A DNA stretch of 64,000 nt from positions 1-64,000 of the forward strand of contig JASFYO010000007.1 of the NCBI GenBank assembly GCA_045047305.1. Direction: 5' to 3'. The notes below the pieces were generated by a model, which did no database searches, had not been told where the DNA came from, and saw only the letters and a list, made by a program, of their open reading frames with translations. The stretch comes from Planctomycetota bacterium. Lineage in GTDB: Bacteria > Planctomycetota > UBA1135. The translations under genes and the position numbers were made by a program. Position 1 is the stretch's first letter, and each line of letters opens with the position of its first letter. Shown here piece after piece: positions 26,816-36,930 of this stretch.

Positions 26816-28282
26816 ATGGAAGGCTTTCAAATATCTGGGCTGCTCTACTTAGTCGCCACGGCATTGTTCGTTCTCGGCATCAAGCGACTATCAAAAGTCC
26901 GTACAGCGCAATCCGGCAACCAACTCGCTGCAGTAGGTATGTTGATTGCTGTCGTGGTTACCTTGGTTTCTCCAGGGGAAACGGCACTAGGCGAACCGAT
27001 CGGACTCGACTGGACCACCGTTGTCATTGGCCTGCTCTTGGGTGGCCTGGTTGGCGGCGTGATGGCAAAGCGAGTCGAAATGACTGGCATGCCGGAACTG
27101 GTCGCATTACTAAACGGCTTTGGCGGTTTAGCTTCCACCGTAGTGGCGCTGGCTGAATTCTGGGGGCGCTTTCACATGCCCGCCGACATTGTTGGCAGCC
27201 CTGCAGGCATCCTAGTCGAGCCACTCGGCGGCGCCGTCTGGGCCGTGGCGATTGTGATGTCAGTCTTCATTGGAACTGTCACTTTCACCGGCTCACTTCT
27301 AGCGATGGCCAAGTTATCCGGAAAGATTTCCGGTAGCCCCATCATCCTTCCCGCGCGGCACTTGATCACGGCAGTGCTACTCCTCGGCGGTCTCGCCGCT
27401 GGCTTCTACGGAATGTTTGGTGCGGAAAGCGAAATGGCCACCAACATGTTGATCACGCTTTGTGTTGCCGCTGGATTGTTCGGCATCACTTCAGTCCTGC
27501 CGATTGGTGGCGCCGACATGCCGGTGGTGGTCTCCTTGCTCAACAGTTACTCCGGGCTCGCCGCCTCCATGGCCGGTTTCGTGATTGGAAACTCGCTGTT
27601 GATTGTCGCGGGTGCTTTGGTTGGTGCAAGTGGGCTCATTCTCACCATGGTTATGTGCAAAGCGATGAACCGTTCGCTCGGTCACGTGTTGATTGGTGGC
27701 TTTGGTGCAACGGCAACGAAGGGTGGCGGCGGCAGTGCCGATGAATACACCACCGTGAAATCTGCCGGCGCAGAAGAAGCAGCGATGATTTTAGAATCGG
27801 CAACTTCGGTCATCTTCATTCCTGGTTACGGCATGGCGGTTGCGCAAGCGCAGCACGTAGTGAAGGAGCTGGGTGAAGAAATGGAACGGCGTGGTGCAAC
27901 CGTCAAATACGGCATTCACCCAGTTGCTGGACGCATGCCTGGCCACATGAATGTGCTACTCGCCGAAGCCGATGTACCTTACGAACAACTTTTCGAGCTC
28001 GAAAAGATCAACGGCGACTTCAAGACCACCGACGTCACCGTCATCATTGGCGCAAACGATGTAGTGAATCCAGAAGCCATCGAAAACCCTGACAGCCCCA
28101 TCGCCGGTATGCCGATTTTGAATGCGTTTGAATCCGGCACCGTGCTGGTAGTGAAGCGGTCCTTGTCGCCCGGTTATGCCGGCATCAAGAACCCGCTATT
28201 CGAACGCGAAAATACCTACATGTGCTTCGGCGACGGCAAGGCCTTCCTGGTCGACGTGCTCGCAGAGCTCAAGGATTCTTAA
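26816..28282 (+). CDS. pntB: NAD(P) transhydrogenase beta subunit
   Basis: IGGADMPVVVSLLNSYSG, HPVAGRMPGHMNVLLAEA, GANDVVNP. Confidence 0.97.
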   Translation: MEGFQISGLLYLVATALFVLGIKRLSKVRTAQSGNQLAAVGMLIAVVVTLVSPGETALGEPIGLDWTTVVIGLLLGGLVGGVMAKRVEMTGMPELVALLNGFGGLASTVVALAEFWGRFHMPADIVGSPAGILVEPLGGAVWAVAIVMSVFIGTVTFTGSLLAMAKLSGKISGSPIILPARHLITAVLLLGGLAAGFYGMFGAESEMATNMLITLCVAAGLFGITSVLPIGGADMPVVVSLLNSYSGLAASMAGFVIGNSLLIVAGALVGASGLILTMVMCKAMNRSLGHVLIGGFGATATKGGGGSADEYTTVKSAGAEEAAMILESATSVIFIPGYGMAVAQAQHVVKELGEEMERRGATVKYGIHPVAGRMPGHMNVLLAEADVPYEQLFELEKINGDFKTTDVTVIIGANDVVNPEAIENPDSPIAGMPILNAFESGTVLVVKRSLSPGYAGIKNPLFERENTYMCFGDGKAFLVDVLAELKDS

Positions 28283-28291
28283 ACTTCCAAG

Positions 28292-29053
28292 TTGCGTAAT
28301 CCATTAGCCACCGCCCTCGGATGTTTCCGCATCCTACTGGCGGTGGCTTTCGCAATTCTTGGCATTCCGTTGGCGCTTGGTGTGTTGCTGCTTTCCTTCG
28401 GCAACAACCATCGACGTGCACGACTCGGTGGACGCGGAGTGCGATTGTGGAGCTGGCTCACTCGCCGCGCGCTTGGCATTCATGTAACCGTGCACGGGAC
28501 GCCACCACCTCCGGGAAGTTTTGTAGTAAGCAATCATGTTTCTCACTTCGATATCCTGGTCTTGACAAGCCTTTACCCCACAAGCTTGGTGGGCAAAAAG
28601 GAAATCATCAAATGGCCACTGCTAGGACAACTGGCATGGCTCATTGGGACCGTCTTTGTCGATCGCGGTGACCGCAACAAAACCTCTGAGGTGGCGGAAC
28701 AAATGCGCGGCTACTTGGACTCCGGCGCCACCGTCACTCTGTTTCCCGAAGGAACCTGTGGCGATGGCAAACACGTCCTTCCATTCAAACGCTCTCTGTT
28801 TGCGGTGCCCGCGGATTTAAATATTCCGACCTGGCCCGTCGCCGTGCGTTACCCCGACCCCGCCGCCGCTTGGGACGATGACACCCCTTTCCCCCTGCAC
28901 ATGTTCCGTCTGCTCTGCCGTTGGAATCAACAAGCCGTAGTGGAGTTTGGAAAACCCATTGCCGCGGGCATGGAGCGCAAACCGCTTTCGTTTGAAGCCC
29001 ATGCACGGGTCGATGCCTTGTTCAAGCGCATGGCTGAAGCGGACCTCGATTAG
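28292..29053 (+). CDS. lysophospholipid acyltransferase (PlsC family)
   Basis: NHVSHFD (HxxxxD), FVDR, FPEGT. Confidence 0.92.
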   Translation: MRNPLATALGCFRILLAVAFAILGIPLALGVLLLSFGNNHRRARLGGRGVRLWSWLTRRALGIHVTVHGTPPPPGSFVVSNHVSHFDILVLTSLYPTSLVGKKEIIKWPLLGQLAWLIGTVFVDRGDRNKTSEVAEQMRGYLDSGATVTLFPEGTCGDGKHVLPFKRSLFAVPADLNIPTWPVAVRYPDPAAAWDDDTPFPLHMFRLLCRWNQQAVVEFGKPIAAGMERKPLSFEAHARVDALFKRMAEADLD

Positions 29054-29061
29054 GCGAAAGC

Positions 29062-29237
29062 TTAAAGCGCCTCAATGGCTACGACCGCATTGACTGCATC
29101 CAGCTGGGCGCCTGCAACCACACCAATGCACGAATGCTCGCAGGCTTGTTGAAGCCCGCAGCCCAGTGCAATGGAGTGCCGCCGCACTCGCCGACTGCGG
29201 TGCTCTTAAACCACCAGAGTCCATAGGGTGCCATCAT
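29062..29237 (-). pseudogene. frameshifted single ankyrin-repeat relic
   Basis: GGTPLHWAAGFNKPASIRALV, then after a 2-nt slip in GTGTG, VAGAQLDAVN; matches ankyrin consensus spacing. Confidence 0.65.
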
Positions 29238-29278
29238 TCCATCCCCCCCCCAAGTTGTGGGGTGATAACCTATCCCCC

Positions 29279-29851
29279 ATGTCTAAGGCGTCCCTACTAC
29301 TTGCCTCCCTTCTTCTCTTTGCCACATCTTGTTCCAGTTCTGAAAATACGACTAGCAGCGAACCGCAAACGACAGGCTTCCTTTTCGATTCGGAAGAGCC
29401 TCCGCAAGAGGTCGCCATCATGAATTACACCATTCTGTCCACCCAAGTTGCGGGTGGCGGAGCCATCACTGCCGAGCAAGTGGCCACCCTCCCAGAAAAA
29501 GGCTACAGCACGATCATCAATCTCCAACATGAGGATGAAGACGGCGTGAAAGACGAGATCGCAGCTGCCGAGGCCGCCGGCCTGACCTATGTTTCAGTCC
29601 CAGTGGGTGGCGGAGACTTCACTCTGGAAGACGCCAAACTGGTTTCCGATGCCATCGACGCCAGCTCCGGGCACGTCTTGTTCCACTGCCGCAGTGGCGG
29701 ACGCGTGACTGCAGTGTGGGCTTTGACCCGCGCCATCAACGAAGGCCTCAGCCCTGAGGAGGCCGCGAGGGTGGCATCCGAAGAGGGGTGTCGTCCGATT
29801 CCAGAATCGATGATTGACCGTGTCGCCCAAGAAGTGCGCGACGCTCAGTAA
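29279..29851 (+). CDS. lipoprotein with DUF442/PTP-like (CX5R) domain
   Basis: LLFATSC lipobox-like signal; HCRSGGR loop. Confidence 0.8.
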   Translation: MSKASLLLASLLLFATSCSSSENTTSSEPQTTGFLFDSEEPPQEVAIMNYTILSTQVAGGGAITAEQVATLPEKGYSTIINLQHEDEDGVKDEIAAAEAAGLTYVSVPVGGGDFTLEDAKLVSDAIDASSGHVLFHCRSGGRVTAVWALTRAINEGLSPEEAARVASEEGCRPIPESMIDRVAQEVRDAQ

Positions 29852-29870
29852 AGCTCTCCTGACAAACTTG

Positions 29871-29904
29871 AGGGTGATGACTGCGGTCATCACCCTTTCT
29901 TTTT
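29871..29904 (+). terminator. Rho-independent terminator
   Basis: Perfect 11-bp stem AGGGTGATGAC/GTCATCACCCT, TGCG loop, then TTCTTTTT. Confidence 0.9.
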
Positions 29905-29986
29905 GGATTCTTCGCTAACCTAAACATAATTAAAGCGTATATTGATATTGTGCAAGGGAACCTTTGGCCCCCACACCGCATTTCCC

Positions 29987-30310
29987 ATGTCCGATACGCC
30001 CCACCCAGCGCTCTTAGCCTTCCAAGCCTTGGAGCAAGCCGACCAAGAACTAGCCTTAGAGCTTGTTTCCTGCTCTGGCTCACTAAAGGAGCTCGCGAAA
30101 AGGCGCTCAGTCAGCTATCCAACGATTCGCCTAAGGCTGAATCGCCTGCTTGCCCGGCTTGAGGCTGCTCAATCCCAACAGCCACTTGATCCCATGGCAG
30201 AGCAGCTGGCTGATTGTGTCGAGCGTGGAGAAATGACCCTTGCCGCGGCTAAAGCTGCGCTTCAGTTACACCGCGACCTCCTAAAAACCCAAACCCCCGA
30301 GAAATCATGA
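29987..30310 (+). CDS. DUF2089-family HTH protein
   Basis: SGSLKELAKRRSVSYPTIRLRLNRL is the typical DUF2089 HTH. Confidence 0.75.
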   Translation: MSDTPHPALLAFQALEQADQELALELVSCSGSLKELAKRRSVSYPTIRLRLNRLLARLEAAQSQQPLDPMAEQLADCVERGEMTLAAAKAALQLHRDLLKTQTPEKS

Positions 30311-30687
30311 TCGACTTCCTACTCAATGCAGACCCTACTCCTTGGTTCGACGCCCGCATGGGCAACCTTATTGGCGGTCTCGCGGGTGCGGGGATTGGCA
30401 TCTTTGGCGGAACCCTGGGAGCTGCAGCTGGCATGATGGCACCGAAGGGTCAGGGGCGTGGCCTCATCCTTGGCGGCATGCTCGTCCTTTCCATCCTTGG
30501 CGCCTGTGTTTTCCTAACCGGAATCGTTGCTGTATCCATCGGCCAGCCCTACCACGTTTGGTATCCCTTTACGATGCTTGGCGCTCTGCTTGGCGGGCTA
30601 TTTGGCGGCTTACGCCCGGTCATTCGGAAGCGCTACGAACAAGCAGAAGCGCGCCGGATGGATGCCGACACGCTTCGCCGTTCTTAA
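30307..30687 (+). CDS. small membrane protein (about 3 TM)
   Basis: ATGA overlap with the DUF2089 gene; Gly-rich hydrophobic helices, GQPYHVWYP. Confidence 0.75.
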   Translation: MIDFLLNADPTPWFDARMGNLIGGLAGAGIGIFGGTLGAAAGMMAPKGQGRGLILGGMLVLSILGACVFLTGIVAVSIGQPYHVWYPFTMLGALLGGLFGGLRPVIRKRYEQAEARRMDADTLRRS

Positions 30688-30701
30688 CGCAATCACGGGG
30701 T

Positions 30702-31487
30702 TTAGAAACCGCCGCGACTTCCGCCAGTAGTCCCGCTGCTATTTCCGCCGCCGCGGTTTGCACCACTACGACTGCCTCCGCCGAATCCACCAAACCCCCG
30801 CTGGGAGTTCAGTTCCCCATATTGAGTCATTTGGTCAGCGCTTAATGACAAACTCAAGGCTTGAGTTTCTGCATCAGAGATTTCCGTCATCTTGGTGCGC
30901 ATGCCCTCACGGTCGCTCCAGCCATTCTCTCGCATATCGGCGAAAAACTCGTTGCGGGCCCTAGACGATTCGTCCAAGGCGCTTGCCATGACTTCCGTTT
31001 GCGTGGCATCAAGACCTAGTTGCTCAGCCAACTCTGCAACGCGCGTTGCCAGTTGATCCACTCGACGTTCTTCGCGACGCGCATCGCGCTCGGCATCTTC
31101 CTGATCCTTGCGCTGCTGGATGACCGCATCGACCGCGGCGTCGAAGCCCTGGCCGGTGGGCATGGTATTAGCAGCGGCAAGTGGGAATTCTTCACCATCT
31201 GGCATGCGTCCATCACGCAGAGCCCGGTCCATTTCCACCGCACTGGAAACCCTGTCCTTCATCGACAGGATGGTGCCACTTTGCACCTCCAGCTGGCGCT
31301 CCATGTTATCAAGCTGCATTTGCATGGCATCGAATTGTTTGCCGAGGTCGACGCTGGCCTCGGTCGCGGAAGCAAATTCACCGGTGCTTTCCACAGCAGT
31401 ATTATTGGTTGAGAGCACTGCGCTCCCGACTAGACCGCCAATCAGGCCGGTGGCGAAAATGAGGAAGGTTTGTAAGAGTTGGTTCAT
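30702..31487 (-). CDS. membrane-anchored/exported helical protein with Gly/Arg-rich tail
   Basis: N-terminal hydrophobic segment, coiled coil, LGLDATQ/LSADQ (LTxxQ-like) motifs, RGG-rich C-terminus. Confidence 0.75.
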   Translation of the reverse strand: MNQLLQTFLIFATGLIGGLVGSAVLSTNNTAVESTGEFASATEASVDLGKQFDAMQMQLDNMERQLEVQSGTILSMKDRVSSAVEMDRALRDGRMPDGEEFPLAAANTMPTGQGFDAAVDAVIQQRKDQEDAERDARREERRVDQLATRVAELAEQLGLDATQTEVMASALDESSRARNEFFADMRENGWSDREGMRTKMTEISDAETQALSLSLSADQMTQYGELNSQRGFGGFGGGSRSGANRGGGNSSGTTGGSRGGF

Positions 31488-31618
31488 GGGAGGTCTTCGG
31501 GTCTAGGCATTCTGCCACAAATTCACCGAATCCACCAAAACCCCAGTCCTCCGCCAAGGTTCCGCCTTGCTCATCGGCCCCAAAACAGCGAGAATGGCCC
31601 TCGGAACCTGCTGATCCC

Positions 31619-32359
31619 ATGAAAATCCAGCCTCTCGCCCTTCTCCCCATTCTCCTTGTCGCCGCCTGCTCTTCAGAGCCGGTTCGCCTTTATCAACTGC
31701 GCGATGCCGACCAGGGCACGGAGGATCAAGCTTCGTACCTGCGATTAGAAGGTGCGGTGAACTTGGCCAATGAATTCCTCAGCACCTCCACCTATGCTCG
31801 AGGCTTCCCCGCCGAAGAAGCCCAGTTTGCATTGGGGCTCAACGATTTGATCCTTCGTTTGAAGGGGGAAGACAGCATCACTATGCGCATTGAGACCACT
31901 GGCTGGGGCGATCTTCGCACCATCTTTGGCGATGGCGTTCATCCAAACGATCAAGGTTTTCTTACCGCGCGGCGCACCAACCTCGACGCAACTGGTAATG
32001 CCACCTCCGATGCTGCCTTCCTGCAACTCAGTGTGACAGACATGGCCGCACTCTTGCTGCGTCAGGCTGCAACTCTGCGCGAAGTTCAAGAGCGCGGGGA
32101 GTTTGACTTTTGGATCAACTACAACCTGCTCGGGCTTAACCCGGAAACCGGTTGGATGGAGAGCAACGTAGTGGAGCGTCGTGCTTACGCAGTCCAAGCC
32201 GGCTTCTATCAATGGATCACCCAGCGCAATTCCACTGGGATTGTGGAAGGCCCGGATGCGGACATGGAAACAGATGCTGACGCTGAGGAAGCACCATTGG
32301 TGTTGCCTCCTGTCGAGCCGCGCGGTGGCGGCAACTATCCTGAACCCGACTTTCCATAA
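31619..32359 (+). CDS. hypothetical lipoprotein
   Basis: MKIQPLALLPILLVAAC lipobox; 246-aa ORF. Confidence 0.75.
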   Translation: MKIQPLALLPILLVAACSSEPVRLYQLRDADQGTEDQASYLRLEGAVNLANEFLSTSTYARGFPAEEAQFALGLNDLILRLKGEDSITMRIETTGWGDLRTIFGDGVHPNDQGFLTARRTNLDATGNATSDAAFLQLSVTDMAALLLRQAATLREVQERGEFDFWINYNLLGLNPETGWMESNVVERRAYAVQAGFYQWITQRNSTGIVEGPDADMETDADAEEAPLVLPPVEPRGGGNYPEPDFP

Positions 32360-32394
32360 GCGGAGTTCTTCGTAACTAGTCTACTGGTGCAGAA

Positions 32395-34248
32395 CTAAAA
32401 CGCGCCGGTCAGCCAAGGTACGCCAAAGGTAATCCCCACCCAAGCAATGATGCTTACGGGTATTCCGATCTTCAGGAAGTCGCGCCAAACGTAGCCACCC
32501 GGCCCATAGATCATCAAGTTGGATTGGTGCCCGATGGGGGTTGCAAAACAAACCGAGGCGCTCATCGCAATCGCCAAAATAAAGGCGCGAATGATGCTGT
32601 GACGATGGTCTTCGGTGTAATTGCCGTCGTTGGCAATGGTTTCCGCCGCATTGATTGCAATTGGAGTGAGCAATACGGCAACCGCCTGATTGGACACCAG
32701 GGAAGACAATACGGCACCCAAAAGCGTGAGACCGCCTAATGCAGCTACCGGCCCGTATCCATCTAGAGCGTGGACTAGGCCTCCCGCAATCGTGGATGCA
32801 GCACCCGTATTCTGCATGGCGGTGCCAAGGCCGATGGTGCCAATCATGAACAATAAAATAGGCCAATCGATTGCGCGATATGCTCGGCGTGCTGTGAGAC
32901 ACCCACTTGCAATCATGGCCACAGCACCACCCAACGCCGCAAATGGCAGCAAATCCTTGTTGTTCGTGACCGACAACATGGAGAACAACACCATGATGGA
33001 CACCGTGATGAACAGGGATCGTTTCGCCAATCCGCGGAGCATGACCCATTTATGCGCTCCGGTAAGCAAGAAGAAATCGGTGGAGTTGCGTAAGCGCGAT
33101 TGCGAAGTATCATCGCCGCAGACGAGGAGAAGGTCGCCTGGTTGGAGGATTTGTTTGGATGCACGTTCGCGAATGTGCTGATTGTTGCGCAACACCGCCA
33201 CCGTGATGGCACCATAATCGCGCCATAAGTGGAGGTCGCCAATAGTGCGGCCAACTAATGCCGAGTGAGGTGAAACCGCGAGCTCAAAGAACTGCATGGT
33301 CTTTGGATCAAAACGCGCTTCATTGAAAAGCTTGAGTCCGAGTTCATCTTGTAGGCCAGCGAGGTCGTCCACCGAACCTCGTAGCATCACTACGTCGCCC
33401 ACTTCTATGGTCTCGCTGTAATACGGAGGCCACACCATTTCTTCGCCACGCGCAAAGAATAAAAGGCTGGCGCGGACGCCGTCGAAATTCTCCTTGTAAC
33501 TCAGGCCAAGCAAGCGAGAGGTTGGACCAATTTGCAGCTCGGTCACGTATTCACGGTGACTTGAACCGGCCATCATTGAGGTGAGTGATTCGCGTGCAGG
33601 AAGAAGCTTGCGCGCAAAGACTGCAATAAAGACGACCCCGACAAACAACAGCGGAAAACCCACCGGAGAAAGTTCAAACATGCCGATTGGCTCATAACCC
33701 ATCTGCTCTGCAACACCACTCACCAAAAGGTTGGTGGAAGTTCCAACCAGAGTGCTCATACCGCCAAGAATGGTTCCGAATGCCATCGGGATAAGTAGTC
33801 GGGTGACCCGAATACCGGTTTTCTGCGCCATATCGACCAGCACCGGAATGAATACCAAGACCACTGCGGTGTTATTCAGGAATGCGGAGGTCAAACCAGA
33901 AACCAGAGCAACTGCAAGAATCACCCGGCGCTCACGCCCTTCCGATACACGCAACACCACTCGCGCAAAGAATTCAACGGCGCCCGTACGCGAAAGCCCT
34001 TCGCCCATCACATACAACGCTGCCACGGTAATCACTGCAGAGTTGCCGAACAAGCCGAGGGCTTCGTTTGCGCCAAGCAGGTTTTCGGTGGGGTCGAAAT
34101 CCGGGTTGAATATGCGGATGACTTGGCCCGCGCCCACCAAAATGATGAGCAAGCCAATACCAATGGCATCAATACTTGCCTTCTCGGTGACGAGAAGAAC
34201 AAGTATTCCGACAATCAGCCCAAGGACAAGAAGACCTTCAACACCCAT
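32395..34248 (-). CDS. SLC13/DASS-family permease with two TrkA-C domains
   Basis: SAFLNNTAVV, TLVGTSTNL, two TrkA-C-like repeats, FATPIGHQSNLMIYGPGGY. Confidence 0.92.
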   Translation of the reverse strand: MGVEGLLVLGLIVGILVLLVTEKASIDAIGIGLLIILVGAGQVIRIFNPDFDPTENLLGANEALGLFGNSAVITVAALYVMGEGLSRTGAVEFFARVVLRVSEGRERRVILAVALVSGLTSAFLNNTAVVLVFIPVLVDMAQKTGIRVTRLLIPMAFGTILGGMSTLVGTSTNLLVSGVAEQMGYEPIGMFELSPVGFPLLFVGVVFIAVFARKLLPARESLTSMMAGSSHREYVTELQIGPTSRLLGLSYKENFDGVRASLLFFARGEEMVWPPYYSETIEVGDVVMLRGSVDDLAGLQDELGLKLFNEARFDPKTMQFFELAVSPHSALVGRTIGDLHLWRDYGAITVAVLRNNQHIRERASKQILQPGDLLLVCGDDTSQSRLRNSTDFFLLTGAHKWVMLRGLAKRSLFITVSIMVLFSMLSVTNNKDLLPFAALGGAVAMIASGCLTARRAYRAIDWPILLFMIGTIGLGTAMQNTGAASTIAGGLVHALDGYGPVAALGGLTLLGAVLSSLVSNQAVAVLLTPIAINAAETIANDGNYTEDHRHSIIRAFILAIAMSASVCFATPIGHQSNLMIYGPGGYVWRDFLKIGIPVSIIAWVGITFGVPWLTGAF

Positions 34249-34254
34249 GCTTGG

Positions 34255-36930
34255 TCATGTTAGCAGCCGAACTGCTGTGACCTTGTACTCCGGCGTGCCG
34301 ATTTCCGGGTCTTTGCCATCTCCGGTCAGAACATTGGCACGTGCTTCCGCGAAATGCATGGGCATCCACAGAACCCCAGGGTGTACTGCATCCGTAACTT
34401 TCGCCTGAACGGTGATCACCCCGCGCCGAGATTCGACTTTTATGTCACTTCCGTGACAAATGCCAAGGTCACGGGCGTCTGCGGGAGCAATTTCCACAAA
34501 GCATCGGTCTTGTTTATCCAAATGCCCTTCACTACGCGCAGTTTGGGTCGCTGCGTTGTAATGATAAAGCGTGCGACCCGTGGTAAGCAGGAAGGGATAG
34601 GCATCGTCTGGCTCTTCCCACGCTGGCACGTGATCCAGCCCATAAAACAAGCCTTTGCCGCGAATCGGAGCGCCTTGGTGAAGAAACTTGGTACCTGGAT
34701 GATCCTTTTCTGGACATGGCCACTGGATGCCCTCGGTTTCGATGCGGTCGTAACGGATGCCGAAAAAGCGCGGAGAGTAGTCCGCAAATTCATTCCATAC
34801 CGTTTCCGGGTCGGCCGGGCCCCAGTCATCGCCAAGTACTGCCGCGACTTGGTGCAGGATCTGTAGGTCGGCGCGGGCTTCTCCTGGAGGATCCAAGGCT
34901 TTACGAACACGCTGCACCCGCCGCTCCGAATTGGTGAAGGTGCCATCTTTTTCCGCAAAGCAGGTGGAGGGCAGGACGACGTCGGCGTATTTGCGGGAGG
35001 TTTCGTTGAGGAAAATATCCTGACAAACCACAAACTCCACTTGTTCGAATCCGCTTTCGACATGATTGGCGTTAGGTTCTGAAATGACGGGGTCCTCGCC
35101 CATCACGTAGAAAGCTTTCAGGCGGCCATCGTGCATGCCGTCCATCATTTGATCGAGGCGTAAACCAGGGGTGTGACTTAGTTCTTTGCCCCACAAACTG
35201 CTGAACTTTGCATGCGCCTCCTCGTCGGCGACCTCTTGATAACCCGGAAAGTAAACCGGATTATTACCGACGTCATTACACCCCTGCACATTGTTTTGCC
35301 CACGCAAAGGGTTCACCCCAACAGACTCGCGTCCGAGGTGACCTGTCACTAAAGCCAGATTCGAAAGAGAGCGCACGTTGTCTACACCACACACATGCTC
35401 GGTGATGCCGAGGGTGTAGTAAATGCCAGCCTTGTCGGTCGTTGCATAAAGACGCGCGGCCTTGCGGATGTCATCGGCACTAACTTCACAAAGTTCCGCT
35501 GCACGCTCGGGCGGCCACTCCTTAGCCGCTGCAGCGAAGGCATCGAAGTTTTCGGTCAGGTTCTCGATGTAAGTGTTGTCCGCTAAATCTTCTTCCAAGA
35601 TGACGTACGCGAACGCATTCATCAGCGGGATGTCAGTGCCGGGGCGCAACTGCAAGTGCACATCTGCGCGCTCAGCCAACCAAGTGCGACGTGGGTCCAC
35701 AACAATCAAATGCGCACCGTTGCGCATTGCCTTTTTCATACGCAACGCCAAAACTGGGTGCGCTTCGGTGGTATTACTTCCAACCACCAACATGCAATCG
35801 GTGTTTTCGATTTCTGCAATGGAGTTCGTCATGGCTCCAGCACCCAACGACCTGACCAGGCCGTATACCGTTGGCGCATGTCACGTGGCCGCACAACTAT
35901 GAACGTTGTTAGTGCCAACGGTCGAGCGCGCTAACTTTTGCAGTGCGTAAACGTCTTCATTGGTGCAACGGCTCGATGCAAGGAAACCGATACTGTCTGC
36001 GCCGTGCTTCTCTTTGATCGCATTTAATCCTTCCGCAACACGAGCGTAGGCTATATCCCAACTAGTCTCCTCTAACTCGCCTTGTGCATTGCGCACCAGC
36101 GGTTGGGTGAGGCGGTCCTTGTGATGAATAAACTGCCATGCAAAACGCCCCTTGTTACATAGATGGCCATCGTTTGGGCCCGAACCTTCCTCGGAACTAA
36201 TCTTGACCACCTTGCCTTCTTTGGTGTGCACATCTAACACACAACCAACGCCACAGAAAGTGCAAACGGTGCGCGTTGACTCCGTTTCCGCAATGGGGGC
36301 GGTTGCCTGCTTCTCATACAAAGCTCCGGTTGGGCAAGTGCTAATACAACCACCGCACAACTCACACGAAGTATCTAGAAAGGAAGCGCCGTCCGTTGGT
36401 TGAATGAATGCTTCACTCCCCTGCCCGACGTGTTCCAGCGCAGTGCACTGCATTACCTCATCGCAATAACGCACACAGCGATCACACAAAATGCATGCCC
36501 CTGGATCAAACGCTAAAAAGCGATTGCGGTCTTCCCAGGTGCGAGGATTCTCAAACTGGATCGGAAGGGCTTCAACCCCAAGATCTTTGGCGCAATCCTC
36601 AAGCCCATCTACCTGCACTCCATTTCCAGAAGTGTGTTCGGTCATCAGCATTTCTGCCATGGTACGGCGGACGCGTTCCAGCATAGGTGATTGCGAAACC
36701 ACCTTCATGCCTGCACCCGCCTTGGTCTTACACGCAGGCACCGGACGTGGCGCTCCTTCTAGCTCCACCAAGCACATCCGGCACCCGCCGTAAGGATCTA
36801 AGCGGTCATCGTGGCAAAGGGTAGGAACCTTCGAACAGGTCTTGCGACATGCATCAAGCAAGGTTTGCCCGGACTTAACCTCTACGGTTTTGCCATCCAG
36901 TTCAAAGCTTACGTTTTGATCGCACTTCAT
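34255..36930 (-). CDS. fdhF: selenocysteine-containing formate dehydrogenase alpha subunit (891 aa; Sec at TGA 35881-35883)
   Basis: The two track ORFs are in one frame separated by a single TGA: HSCAAT-U-HAPTVYGL, aligning with the FDH active-site Cys/Sec-His; LRGQNNVQG; N-terminal 2Fe-2S, 2x4Fe-4S and CTFCGVGC motifs; no Tat signal. Confidence 0.93.
35839..35883 (-). promoter_or_regulatory. bacterial SECIS element 3' of the Sec codon
   Basis: mRNA UGA CAUGCGCCAACGGUAU ACGGCCU-GGUC-AGGUCGU UGGGUGC; 7-bp apical stem (35847-35864), GGUC loop 23 nt after UGA; lower GCGCC/GGUGC pairing. Confidence 0.8.

Noticed and set aside
29243..29251. C9 tract as a phase-variation switch in the DUF442 lipoprotein promoter
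   Set aside because: A single short tract with no supporting evidence; read-level length variation would be needed
35881..35883. Nonsense mutation making FDH a pseudogene or two genes
   Set aside because: The TGA falls exactly on the catalytic Cys/Sec column, the frame continues intact, and a SECIS-like hairpin follows
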